The notes: generated by a model not told the origin, from the letters alone. Numbered from the whole stretch's first letter, positions 1-11,849 are shown. The stretch: DNA of 63,956 nucleotides, filler included, from Octopus bimaculoides (GCF_001194135.2; 4 parts of 3 records of this genome joined end to end with filler, not necessarily neighbours in it); one strand, 5' to 3'. Numbers and translations: made by a program.

Positions 1-268
1 TCCATTTGATTATCAGTTATTCCGCAATTTTCAAAATCATTTGGACGGAAAAAAATATGAATTCTTTAGACGAGGTCAGAACAGTACTGATAGTGTTTTT
101 CGTCACGGACAAGTGAATTTTGGAAGTGGGGCCTTGCAAGTCTACCAAATAGAAGGAAGGACATTGTAGAAAATGAAGGAGAGTATATTTTAGATTAATA
201 ACTTTGTTTATCTTAATTTTGAAAAATAAAAGAAGTATTAAAAAACCGCATTATTTATGGGATGACCC

Positions 269-270
<2 letters not shown>
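1..270 (+). mobile_element. 3' end of a decayed mariner transposon (transposase C-terminus and right TIR)
   Basis: Frameshifted translation PFDYQLFRNFQNHLDGK...SLDEVRTVL...FSSRTSEFWKWGLASLPNRRKDIVENEGEYILD* matches the mariner C-terminal pattern (APSDYHLF...GEY). It is followed by the TIR ccgcattatttatgggatgacccta and TA. Confidence 0.85.
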
Positions 271-317
<47 letters not shown>

Positions 318-406
318 ACGCACTACGGGGTTTCCCGGGACTATTGTAGGAGACACCCAGGAACCATATTGATAAACAAACTTATACAGCCACGCAAATA
401 TGTAAA

Positions 407-440
<34 letters not shown>

Positions 441-715
441 CTTATTTATATACATACTTATACATATATGTGTATATACGTATATAGATATATATGTATG
501 GATATATACTTGTATGTGACTATGTGCCTGCGTGCGCGGTCGCGTCTTCTCCAAATCCGTTTATGTATCCACGTTAATATATTAGGTTTCAGGACGCACC
601 AGAGGGCGACAGAAGTCATTGAAATTTCAAGCACTTTGTCTGGCTCCGTACGTTACGTTTCAAGAATAGTTTTGCTGATTCATAGTCCTTCGTCCAACAT
701 TTACACAACACTTCC

Positions 716-819
<104 letters not shown>

Positions 820-834
820 TTGCTTACTTTCCAA

Positions 835-1080
835 CTCTCGAACCTGGCCAACTCTATCTTCTTATCTCTCTACCAACCAATCTATATCTATCAAACACTT
901 CAGCCTATTTATTGTTTATCAAGGGCTGCATCCAAACAAGTGGCACTCGATTGCTTGGCATTAAATCACAAACATTGCGTCTCCTTTCGCAACCTTTTCT
1001 ATTGCTAACATGATGGCCTCCGGTCCTCGAAGAACGGTGTTTGAATCCGCAAGGCAACAACTTGAGCCACTTTCCTCTTG
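835..1080 (-). mobile_element. Possible very decayed RTE LINE ORF fragment (post-RT region)
   Basis: Minus-strand pieces RKVAQVVAL, FNA and EVFDR...SWP weakly recall the RTE motifs RIAQA..AF, IFNA and LEVFD..LRRIL..WP. Multiple frameshifts are required. Confidence 0.3.
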
Positions 1081-1295
1081 ATGGAGTCATCTTGCATCAC
1101 TGATCCGATCGATTCCAATCGCAAGCATAGGGAAAACGTCTCAATTAAACTCCAAGTATTTCCTCGTTCGCAAGTATTATTCGCTTTTCTAGCTTTCTGC
1201 GACCCATCTCTCTACCATTTCCTCCACCATCAGACATGCAATAGCAGTTACAAATGCTTCCTCGACCCTTTCAATGCATACACCAAGTTATACAT

Positions 1296-1398
1296 ATGTA
1301 CACCTATGGGATGTACACCTATGGGATGTACACCTATGGGATGTACACCTATGGGATGTACACCTATGGGATGTACACCTATGGGATGTACACCTATG
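1296..1398. repeat. Perfect 15-bp minisatellite (ATGTACACCTATGGG) x6.9
   Basis: Six identical units plus 13 bp, with no spacers. Confidence 0.97.
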
Positions 1399-1447
1399 TA
1401 TATATGCCTGTATATGTGCGTATATGTTTGTATATGCGTTCATATAT

Positions 1448-1645
1448 AGCTGGGAAGCGCAAGACCATGCTGCCTGGTGAAGCTGCACCAACAAAGGTGC
1501 CACCTCCTACGAACAGAACAGGATTGCAGGGGCTCAAAGAAAACGCGAACTGCGCAAGTCCAAAACCAACACCTTGCTTTCAGTCCCAACAGACCACCAG
1601 TGCCCGACCTCCGGCAGAACCTTCCGAACATTAATTGGACTGATT
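1448..1645 (+). mobile_element. RTE (BovB-like) LINE C-terminal coding remnant
   Basis: Single frame SWEAQDHAAW*SCTNKGATSYEQNRIAGAQRKRELRKSKTNTLLSVPTDHQCPTSGRTFRTLIGLI. This fits the RTE C-terminal pattern W..AQDR..WR...GA..YEQ.RI...KR..RK...CP.CGR.FR..IGL.SH. Confidence 0.75.
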
Positions 1646-1681
1646 GAGCGACGGTCGAGCTGGTATATATAGATATATGTA

Positions 1682-2069
1682 TCCTTTTATTCTTTTACTT
1701 TTTACCTGCTTCAATCATTTGACTGCGGCCATGCTGAATCACCGCCTTTTAATCGAAGAAATCGACCTCAAGACTTCTTTGTAAGCCTAGTACTTATATT
1801 ATCGGTCTCTTTTGCCGAAACGCTATTACGGAGACGTAAACATACTAATATCGGTTGTCAAGATGGTGGATGGACAAACACAGACACACATAAATATGTA
1901 TACACACACACACACACACACACACATTTATATATACTACGGGATTCTTTCTGTCTCCGCCTACTAAATCCACTCACAAGGCTTTGGTCGGCCCGATGGT
2001 ATAATAGAAGACATTGGCACGGAACCATGTGGTTGGGAAGCAAGCCTCTTACCACACAGCCACGCCTGC
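1682..2069 (-). mobile_element. SINE family A, near full length with an internal deletion in the head
   Basis: Homologous to the 17886-18295 copy: tail gactgcggccatgctg, central tgtaagcctagtactta, internal (CA)n, head accatgtggttgg...ccacacagccac. Confidence 0.9.
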
Positions 2070-2185
2070 AGTTAATGATAACGCACGGTAAACAGTTATG
2101 ATATTCACTGCTTTAAAGAACATACACACGTTTCATCAAATTGCTGTAATAATTACATAACAGTTATGGGAACATTATACAGTCT

Positions 2186-2226
<41 letters not shown>

Positions 2227-2329
2227 TTGGATTTGATCGTGAACCGTATGCACCACAAACATTAGCTAAATATACTTCTAATATAGGCACAAGTCGAGCA
2301 GTTTTGAGAAAAGGACTTTTGATGACGCC

Positions 2330-2497
2330 ATCGACATCAGTGCCTCGCAGACATTTTTTTAAAATATTATTTGTCGACCTTTGGGGAGATAAAAATCAAA
2401 GTTGACTTAAGTAGGGTTTGAACTCAGACCATGAAGAGCCGAAAGAACTACAGCAAGGCATTATTCCAATACGCTAACGATTCTGCCAAATCACCAC
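2330..2497 (-). mobile_element. Diverged SINE family B-like copy
   Basis: Contains ttgaactcaga (reverse-complement B-box), gctaacgattctgcca (head) and aaagttgac (core). Confidence 0.55.
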
Positions 2498-3608
2498 CCT
2501 GTCTGGTGAATTTATTGAAACTAACGCCGGCGATGTTGGCTCACATGTTTTTGCTCCCGTCATTGTTGTTATTGTTATTGCTGTTGTTGTTGCGGCTGTT
2601 GTTACTGTTGTTGTTGTTGTTGTTGTTGTTTGATTGTTTGTTTGTTTTGATAGAAGTGTGCGGTGAATGTGGCGAAGGCCNNNNNNNNNNNNNNNNNNNN
2701 NNNNNNNNNNNNNNNNNNNNNNNNNNNNNNNNNNNNNNNNNNNNNNNNNNNNNNNNNNNNNNNNNNNNNNNNNNNNNNNNNNNNNNNNNNNNNNNNNNNN
2801 NNNNNNNNNNNNNNNNNNNNNNNNNNNNNNNNNNNNNNNNNNNNNNNNNNNNNNNNNNNNNNNNNNNNNNNNNNNNNNNNNNNNNNNNNNNNNNNNNNNN
2901 NNNNNNNNNNNNNNNNNNNNNNNNNNNNNNNNNNNNNNNNNNNNNNNNNNNNNNNNNNNNNNNNNNNNNNNNNNNNNNNNNNNNNNNNNNNNNNNNNNNN
3001 NNNNNNNNNNNNNNNNNNNNNNNNNNNNNNNNNNNNNNNNNNNNNNNNNNNNNNNNNNNNNNNNNNNNNNNNNNNNNNNNNNNNNNNNNNNNNNNNNNNN
3101 NNNNNNNNNNNNNNNNNNNNNNNNNNNNNNNNNNNNNNNNNNNNNNNNNNNNNNNNNNNNNNNNNNNNNNNNNNNNNNNNNNNNNNNNNNNNNNNNNNNN
3201 NNNNNNNNNNNNNNNNNNNNNNNNNNNNNNNNNNNNNNNNNNNNNNNNNNNNNNNNNNNNNNNNNNNNNNNNNNNNNNNNNNNNNNNNNNNNNNNNNNNN
3301 NNNNNNNNNNNNNNNNNNNNNNNNNNNNNNNNNNNNNNNNNNNNNNNNNNNNNNNNNNNNNNNNNNNNNNNNNNNNNNNNNNNNNNNNNNNNNNNNNNNN
3401 NNNNNNNNNNNNNNNNNNNNNNNNNNNNNNNNNNNNNNNNNNNNNNNNNNNNNNNNNNNNNNNNNNNNNNNNNNNNNNNNNNNNNNNNNNNNNNNNNNNN
3501 NNNNNNNNNNNNNNNNNNNNNNNNNNNNNNNNNNNNNNNNNNNNNNNNNNNNNNNNNNNNNNNNNNNNNNNNNNNNNNNNNNNNNNNNNNNNNNNNNNNN
3601 NNNNNNNN

Positions 3609-3639
<31 letters not shown>

Positions 3640-3999
3640 GATGTGGTGATGATATTATTAAAGAGATAATAAAGGGGGAAAAAAACTTTATAATCGACTG
3701 CAAAGACTGGAATCTTACTCCAGACATTGTGTTCGACTTCCTTCGAAGTCGTATTAATCAACGGCTTTCCTCAGTCTGCAATGCTATAAACAGGCATGTT
3801 ACTCTCAATTTCATCTTGAAACAGTTGATTGCAAGAAGAGCGTCTAGCTGGTAGATTAGGAGCCAAATGTGAGAATGAATGACTTGGCATCTCGATTTTT
3901 TTTTTTAAATGGTTGAGATTTGGAAATTATAAACTTAACATCTGGAAATGATGGATTTGACATTTTGAAATAAGACTGACTTCCGGAAAAGAGCAAATT

Positions 4000-4219
4000 A
4001 AGATTTGGAAATGAGTGAATTCAGACCTAGAAATGAGTGAATTGAAATCTAGAAATAGGTGAATTGAGATCTGGAAATAAGTGAATTGAGATCTGATAAT
4101 GAGTGAATTGCGACCTAGACATAAGTGAATGGAGGTCTGGAAATGAGTGAATTGTGATCTGGAAATGAGTGAATTGAGATCTGGAAATAAGTGAATTGAG
4201 ATCTGGGAATGGGTGAATT
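4000..4219. repeat. 22-bp minisatellite (consensus GAAATGAGTGAATTGAGATCTG) x~10
   Basis: GTGAAT recurs at 22-bp periodicity and the units carry point variants. Confidence 0.95.
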
Positions 4220-4276
4220 AAAAATGTAAAGATGTTATCAGGATACGATAGAGTTTTAATAGATGTTTCGGAAACT

Positions 4277-4318
4277 TTGGCCAGATTCTTTGAGACATTG
4301 GCCAGATTCTTTGAGACA
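4277..4318. repeat. Exact 21-bp tandem duplication (ttggccagattctttgagaca x2)
   Basis: Directly visible. Confidence 0.9.
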
Positions 4319-4519
4319 GGCCATCATGTTGCGTGTCGATAAGATACTTGGATACAGGAGATGAAACATCAGGAAACGATGGATTTCTTCAGCCACGAGG
4401 AAACTGATCGACTGGAAAAATGGATTATAAACCAAAACGGGTCAAGCGAAGGATATACACACGTGTAAACAACATAGTTGGGGATACAGACACTTAGCAT
4501 AGACAATATATGCGTAAAA

Positions 4520-4870
4520 GGGAGTTGAAAGTGGGATAAGAGGAAATAGCTTGAGAAGAAGAGAAATAAGATGTGACGTTGAGAAATGACTCTAGAAGCC
4601 TGGACAGAATTGTGAAAGAGTTTACAAGAGAATAAGCGGTTCATGTACACCGATTAAGAGTAAGGGTAGTCTAGATGTTTGTAACGGGAGAGAAACAATC
4701 AATCAGGTGAATTGAATATTTTCAAAAAGTTCTGACCCGGCCGCACTCGGTCGACATGTTTTGTCTTCTTTCAAGAGAAGAATGTAGTGGATCAACAGCA
4801 GATGACAGAGGAGGATATCACAATAGGAGGAATCACCAAAGCCATTGATCGGCCGAAGGATGACAAGATC
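4520..4870 (+). mobile_element. Decayed RTE LINE fragment (linker upstream of the RT domain)
   Basis: Ordered peptides NDSRSLDRIVKEFT, TPIKSKG, IR*IEYFQKVLTRP and DITIGGITKAIDRPKDDK match the RTE/RTE-X pattern (RND.R.LY.I..EL; PIK.KDG; RW.EHF..VLNRP; IT.EEI.KAI..LK..K). Confidence 0.55.
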
Positions 4871-5218
4871 ACAGGGGCTAGGACTAGATAAGGTAACTGC
4901 TTGGTCTAGAAGGAATGTGACCAGAGCCTTCACAAGATAGGTGAGATCGATGACGTAAATGTTTCTGTTGAACATTTTGCAAGCTGACTTTGGCCTCAAG
5001 AAGATATCGACGAAGAAGAATTTCTAAAGGTCTGATGTTTTGGGGCGTAAGAATTGTATAAAGTAGTTAATATGTGTCTTTAAAGGAGAATATAAGGGAA
5101 TATTATATAGGGGATGAGATAGAGAGAAATGAGTGACTGGAAATGGAAAGTGGCACGAAGAGCAGAGGTGATAAGAAAGACTAAGCGACGAAATACAGAA
5201 ACTCTGTGGACCAAATCT

Positions 5219-5295
<77 letters not shown>

Positions 5296-5865
5296 AAGAG
5301 TATGTGCGTGTGTTGGCGAGCTACTTCATCAGTTTGATGTGTTTTGGATGCAGTCTTGGAAATTCAGGTGTACATCAACAGCACTGTTCTAGATATGGAA
5401 GCAGTGTTTCATGATGACTTTCACTTGAGTCGATGGTGAGCAAAGGCGATAACATAGTTTCGGTTCGCGATTAAAGTCGTTGTCCCTATATTTATACAGC
5501 TAACGGCTATGAGAAACGTGTGCCAGCCAAATATCCCATCTTCTCTCACGGAAATTATAAGGTTTTTCCACTCAATAAAAAGAGAGGCAGAAACTCATTC
5601 CCGTCAATTCCCTATTAAATGTGTGGTCTTCAAGCTATACGAGAAATCAATTAGATTGTCTATGCGGTTTCGAATTTCGTTACTTGGAGTCATTTTAATT
5701 GATATATGTCTCTATTTATTTGATGACTTAAGCAGAGGGAGAAAACAACGGCTGCCATCCCTTTTCAAACCTTCTATATGTGGTAGGAGGAAAGAAGAAA
5801 GTTGTCATGAGATCGAAGGCTTGGCTCCAATGCTTGCAACAAAGTAGACATTGATGAAGTCACAA

Positions 5866-5982
5866 TAGTTTCTGTCTACGAAATTTCACTCACAAGGCTT
5901 TGGTCGACTCGAGGCTATATTAAAAGGTGCTTAACCAATGTGCATACAATGTGATCTTAAACATACAGCCATTCCTGAGAGG
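5866..5982 (-). mobile_element. SINE family A fragment
   Basis: Contains cactcacaaggctttggtcgactcgaggctata, with a degraded head. Confidence 0.6.
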
Positions 5983-6823
5983 CGTGGCACACCGTAATAG
6001 TCCCTCGTTCTTGAAAATTTGTAATCTTGCTAAAGCAGAGTGACAGATAGGGCAACAGATATAGGGAAAAGAATGTTAGCAGGGAGGTAAAAAAAAGGGG
6101 GGGGAGAGACTGAATAAAACAAGAAATATAGAGGGAGTGACAGGGAATATGAAAGAAAAGATTTTGAGAATGAATTGAAAGAATATGAAAATTACTTAGA
6201 CAGAGAGAGAACTGGAGAGAGAAAACGAGATGTAAAGTGATGACGGAAGCAAGCGTAAAAATGAAGGCAGAGAGCTAGTTATAGAAAAGGAAAAGTGAGA
6301 GAGAGAAGGACACAGACAGACAGATAAACAGGCAGGCAGGCAGGCAGGCAGGCAGGAAGGCAGGGAGTTGGATAATGTGGTTGAATAATAGGTAGCAATG
6401 GGAAGACAATGAGAGAAAGAGAGCAGAAATGCAAATGAGAAGCAAAGATATAAATAGAGAGAAAGAAAGAGAGAGAGAGAGAAGGAGTAAGAGAGGGAGA
6501 GAGAGGAGAGAAAGAGAGATTGTAGGTGAAAGAAGAAACAAGGGAAAGAAAGAGCTGTAAGTAAAAGACGGCGTGACATGGAAAGAAGACAGAAAACAGG
6601 GAATGAAAAATTGTTAAGAAGTGTGGCGGGAGGGTTATCGTCTGTTTTCTTGAAAATTATCTCAATGAGAAAACTCATTCATTTCTGATGAATGTCTTAT
6701 GTCTGTGTATATGTTAGTTCTATACTGATGTACAAACCCAATATACGTGTGTTGTGTTTGTGCGTGCGTCGAACATGTATGTGTATGCGTGCATATCTGT
6801 ATGTGTTTCTGTATATGTCTGTA

Positions 6824-6884
<61 letters not shown>

Positions 6885-7434
6885 NNNNNNNNNNNNNNNN
6901 NNNNNNNNNNNNNNNNNNNNNNNNNNNNNNNNNNNNNNNNNNNNNNNNNNNNNNNNNNNNNNNNNNNNNNNNNNNNNNNNNNNNNNNNNNNNNNNNNNNN
7001 NNNNNNNNNNNNNNNNNNNNNNNNNNNNNNNNNNNNNNNNNNNNNNNNNNNNNNNNNNNNNNNNNNNNNNNNNNNNNNNNNNNNNNNNNNNNNNNNNNNN
7101 NNNNNNNNNNNNNNNNNNNNNNNNNNNNNNNNNNNNNNNNNNNNNNNNNNNNNNNNNNNNNNNNNNNNNNNNNNNNNNNNNNNNNNNNNNNNNNNNNNNN
7201 NNNNNNNNNNNNNNNNNNNNNNNNNNNNNNNNNNNNNNNNNNNNNNNNNNNNNNNNNNNNNNNNNNNNNNNNNNNNNNNNNNNNNNNNNNNNNNNNNNNN
7301 NNNNNNNNNNNNNNNNNNNNNNNNNNNNNNNNNNNNNNNNNNNNNNNNNNNNNNNNNNNNNNNNNNNNNNNNNNNNNNNNNNNNNNNNNNNNNNNNNNNN
7401 NNNNNNNNNNNNNNNNNNNNNNNNNNNNNNNNNN

Positions 7435-7597
7435 CCACCACCACCACCACCACCACCACCACCACCACAACCATTCATCTTTCCAGTCTCCACTTCTCTC
7501 TTATTCATCCAACTCACTACATTTCACACCTTCTCCTACTCCTCTCTCACCCCTCCTTCTCCTCTCCCTCCTCGTCCACCTCGGCACCATCATCATT

Positions 7598-7643
<46 letters not shown>

Positions 7644-8430
7644 CCACGACCACATTCTCCCCTACCGCCCCTTATATCATGCTTTGCTATAATTTGACTT
7701 CACCACCACTACAACCGCCACTACCACCACGAGTAACAGCATCAACACTAGATCTACCACTCTCTTCACTACCAATACTGTCAACGCCTACTCTAATACC
7801 GGCATTACTACCATCAAAACCCCCGCCACGCCATCACTGCCACCACCACTACCACCACCACCACCACCACTACTGGTGCATCTACCACCATCATTATTAC
7901 CACAATTATTACCATCACCATCATCGCCTTCATCACGACCAACACCATCACAGTGAACTACTACGACGACCACCACCACCACTACTACCACAACCACCAC
8001 TACCACCACCACAACCACCGCTACCGTCACCATCACGGCAAACCGTATCAACCACTACCACCACAACTGCCACCACCACCACCACCACCACCGCTACCAC
8101 CACCACCACCACCACCACCATNNNNNNNNNNNNNNNNNNNNNNNNNNNNNNNNNNNNNNNNNNNNNNNNNNNNNNNNNNNNNNNNNNNNNNNNNNNNNNN
8201 NNNNNNNNNNNNNNNNNNNNNNNNNNNNNNNNNNNNNNNNNNNNNNNNNNNNNNNNNNNNNNNNNNNNNNNNNNNNNNCATCATAATCTCGGCTGCCACC
8301 GCCACAACTACCACAACCACCACCACTCTAAAAAGTACCACAACCACCGTCGCCACCACCACCTCAAATAGTACCACGACAACCACAACCATCACCACCG
8401 CAGCAACCACTACCACCACCATTACTACCT
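7435..8430. repeat. Compound trinucleotide low-complexity tract (CAC/CAT/TAC)n with an internal gap
   Basis: Mixed CAC, CAT and TAC runs that generate spurious poly-His/Pro/Thr ORFs. Confidence 0.95.
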
Positions 8431-8665
8431 CCACCACCATCTCCATATGTGTACTTGAACATCCTCCACCCGGCATCTTGATTGATAAACGTTTTCACCA
8501 AACAAAAAAACAAAAACAAAATGCGTTTCCAGCGTAACACCAATGTATATCATCACCTACTATTTACCACCCGGTCCAAAACTAACCATCACACCCGACC
8601 AGCACCACCATCCGGGCAATGCAAACTCGTATTTTTTCATTTAATATATTTTATTTTATAATGGT

Positions 8666-9220
8666 GGTGAGCTGGCAGAAACGTTAGTACGCCAGGCGAA
8701 ATGCTTAGCTGTATTTCGTCTGCCGCTACGTTCTGAGTTCAAATTCCACCGAGGTCGACTTTGTCTTTCATCCTTTCGGGGTCAATCGACTTAATCTGTT
8801 TGTCTGTCCTTGTTTGTTCCCTCTGTGTGTAGCTCCTTGTGAGCAGTAAAGAAATAAGAAATGTTAGTGCGCCGGGCGAAATGCTTAGCAGTATTTCGTC
8901 TGAGTTCGAATTCCGCCGAGGCCGACTTTGCTTTTCATCCTTTCGGAGTCGATTAATAAGTACCAGTCAAGCACTGGGGTCGATATAATCGACTTAATCC
9001 GTTTGTCTGTCCTTGTTTGTACCCTCTATGTGTAGCTCCTTGTGGGCAGTGAAGAAATAAGAAACGTTAGCAAGCCAGGCGAAATGCTTAGCGGTATTTC
9101 GTCTCTCTTTACATTCTGAGTTCGAATTCCGCCGTGGCCGACTTTGCCTTTCGTCCATTCGACGTTGATAAATTAAGTACCAGTTTCGTACCGGGGTCTT
9201 GCACCTAGAGTAGAAAAGAT
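8666..9220 (+). mobile_element. SINE family B head-to-tail trimer
   Basis: Three units begin at about 8666, 8858 and 9061. Units 2 and 3 start at gaaa(c/t)gttag directly after the aaagaaataa tail. Unit 3 ends in the alternative cctagagtagaaaag tail. Confidence 0.9.
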
Positions 9221-9471
9221 TGTTATTTTTTTTTGCGAGGGAGGAGCTCGTTTTCCAATGAAATTCTTAGGAATTATTTTACTAGTTTGTTTATGTTTGT
9301 CTTGTTTAACCCAAACCAACTCCCAAAGTGCTGTGATGGAAGACATATGTGTCTGTGTATGTATGCAAGTATGGAGGTAGGCACGTACGTATGCATGTAT
9401 TTAAATTATGTGCCATATAAATATATATGTGCTTCTGCTAGTGTGATATATCTGGGTGTGTATTACGTATA

Positions 9472-9679
9472 CAGTAATCCCTCGATTATCGCGGGTGTTA
9501 CGTTCTAAAATCTCACACAGAAATAATTAAAATCTTAAAAAGTATAAATACCTATCGGCCGCAGAAACCCGCGATATACTGAGGAGTCCGCGAAACAAGT
9601 TTACATATATTAGCCAGAAAAATCCGCGATGTACTGAGTGCGCGATAGGTGAACCGCGATATAGTGAAGGATTACTCTG
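9472..9679. mobile_element. Tigger/pogo-like MITE
   Basis: TA|cagtaatccctcgattatcgcgg ... ccgcgatatagtgaaggattactctg|TA: imperfect TIRs, TA target duplication and internal CCGCGA repeats. Confidence 0.8.
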
Positions 9680-9694
9680 TATATGCATGTGTTC

Positions 9695-9783
<89 letters not shown>

Positions 9784-9896
9784 TGTGTGTGTGTGATTGT
9801 GTGTGTGTGCGCGTGTGTGTGTGTGTATAGACAGACAGACAAATAGATAGACAGACATGTAGATAAATAGATAGATAGATAGGTAGATAGATAGAT

Positions 9897-9941
<45 letters not shown>

Positions 9942-10246
9942 TAATTTCTCCAAATAATTAATAATTCGTATAGAATTATTTACGAGAAACACTTCGCTAG
10001 GACCTAATTATGATGTACCAAGTGGTGTACATCTGAGTCTTGTTACCGAATATGCAAGCTCCTAGGGAACAAATTCCATGCTGGGCGCTTTGAAGTAGCT
10101 TTCAGCTAACTGATAATTTCAGTCGGCTGGTTATAAAATGTCCGAGATTTCTTTGTATATTCCTCCATTCTTGGCCTTTTATACTTAACCCTGCGTTGCT
10201 GATAGCCTCATATTCCTTGTTATAAAGCAATTGTATCATTTTTACA

Positions 10247-10278
10247 CCGTCTGATGAGAGATACAGTTCTCGAAACGG
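10247..10278 (+). ncRNA. Partial hammerhead-ribozyme-like motif
   Basis: CUGAUGA + stem II GAGA/UCUC (loop uacagu) + GAAAC. No UH cleavage triplet or helix III follows. Confidence 0.3.
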
Positions 10279-10535
10279 AACCTTATATTATATTATAGCT
10301 GAAAACCAGCAACATGATACCATCATGCATATAATATCGTGCATCAGAAGTTGACTGTTTTTCTATATTATTTCACGTTTAATATAAACTTAATATCATA
10401 GTCCAGGTAACTGAAAAATTGACATAAATATTTAGTGTGAAAAGAACTTCGCTAACTTTAATTATGATGCAGCCCGCGGAGAACATGTGTATCTTGTTAT
10501 CGAATGTGTGCGTGTGTGTGTGAGTGTGCGCGCGC

Positions 10536-10668
10536 GTTCAATCCCACTGCATGACACTTTGGACAAGTGTCTTCTTCTAGTAGAAGACACTTGCCCAAGG
10601 TGCCGCGCAGTGGGACTGAACCCGGAACCATGTGGTTGGGAAGCAAGCTTCTTACCACACAGCCACTT
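10536..10668 (-). mobile_element. SINE family A head with an inverted (fold-back) duplication
   Basis: 10536-10578 is the reverse complement of 10580-10621. The minus-strand head continues to 10668. Confidence 0.85.
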
Positions 10669-10682
10669 CTACGATATATCTA

Positions 10683-11209
10683 TATAAAGTAAAATTTAAT
10701 TGCCAATATAATATGGCTGTCCTGTAAGGGACGTTGTTACTGTTTATTAGCTCCAAGAAACATCGTTTCTAGCTGGCTACACGGCACATTATCTGTGTCC
10801 TTATATTTTCGAACTGGGAATTCAGTATCCCCATCCCAGCACAAAACAACATCTGTGGACTAGTTTCAGATCTATTGCCCTTCATCAACACAGAGTAGCT
10901 GCTCGGCTAGGTGACGCATAGACCAGTGGCTGTGTGTCACGTTGAAATCTATATGTTCGAACTGTGAATCCAGCAGCGACACCTAGCCAAGCTGCTACTC
11001 CGTGGTGATGAAGAACAATAACTCTGAAACTATTCCACAGATGTTGTTTTGTGCTGGGTGGGGATGCTGAATTCCCGGTTCGAAAATATAAGGACACAGT
11101 TAGTGTGTCGTATAGCCTGCTAGAAACGATGTTTCTCGGGGCTAATAAACAGTAACAACGTCCCTAACAGGACAGCCATATTATGTTGGCAATTAAATTT
11201 TACTTTATA
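10683..11209. mobile_element. 527-bp palindromic fold-back element (unclassified MITE)
   Basis: Arms of about 236 bp (10683-10918 and 10976-11209) are highly similar reverse complements around a spacer of about 57 bp. Termini are tataaagtaaaattt / aaattttactttata. Confidence 0.8.
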
Positions 11210-11254
11210 GAAATGTCACTGTATGTCTCTCTCTAAGAGATTTAGAAATAATAC

Positions 11255-11295
<41 letters not shown>

Positions 11296-11460
11296 NNNNN
11301 NNNNNNNNNNNNNNNNNNNNNNNNNNNNNNNNNNNNNNNNNNNNNNNNNNNNNNNNNNNNNNNNNNNNNNNNNNNNNNNNNNNNNNNNNNNNNNNNNNNN
11401 NNNNNNNNNNNNNNNNNNNNNNNNNNNNNNNNNNNNNNNNNNNNNNNNATATATAACATG

Positions 11461-11600
11461 CAATGATACCTCGCAGTATGAGTTTAATTCTTTCCATGAC
11501 CGAGCTCGTTTTACGAATTACTCGTCTTACAAATCAATTTTCCCCATTGAAATTAACTAAAATATAATTAATCTGTTCCAGCCCTCAAAAATACACCCAA
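11461..11600 (+). mobile_element. Tigger-like left end fragment
   Basis: caatgatacctcgcagtatgagtttaattctttcc resembles Tigger termini (CAGTG.TACCTCG...ACGA...TAATTCGTTCC). No partner end is seen. Confidence 0.5.
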
Positions 11601-11674
11601 AAATAACTTTCTATGGGTTTTAAAACAGAAAAGGTATAATTACAAATAAAATTACAATTATAAAAATGCATAAG

Positions 11675-11849
11675 AAATATGGAAACTGGTTTTATTAACT
11701 ATTGCCAAGCAAATGGGAAGCAGTAATTGTAGTAGATGGTGAATATGCTCCGGAATAATCATTTAAAGATGTTTTTGTTATATGTTTTTATTGTTTTTGT
11801 TGAATAAAATTCGTTGAAAAAATCCCGCAATAATTATGCACCAACCCAA
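11675..11849 (+). mobile_element. 3' end of a second mariner family (Hsmar1-like TIR)
   Basis: LLPSKWEAVIVVDGEYAPE* is followed by the TIR cgcaataattatgcaccaacccaa|TA. Confidence 0.8.

Noticed and set aside
2431-3854. Long ORFs spanning N-gaps (also near 6.7, 26, 31, 33, 41, 43, 46, 54 and 57 kb)
   Set aside because: Their length comes from X residues, and the flanks are simple repeats.
1296-4219. 15-bp and 22-bp arrays as possible CRISPR arrays
   Set aside because: Units are contiguous with no unique spacers, there are no cas genes, and the context is eukaryotic.
7435-8537. His/Pro/Thr-rich ORFs resembling mucin or extensin
   Set aside because: Open in several frames and on both strands because of CAC/CAT/TAC repeats; no splice or codon evidence.
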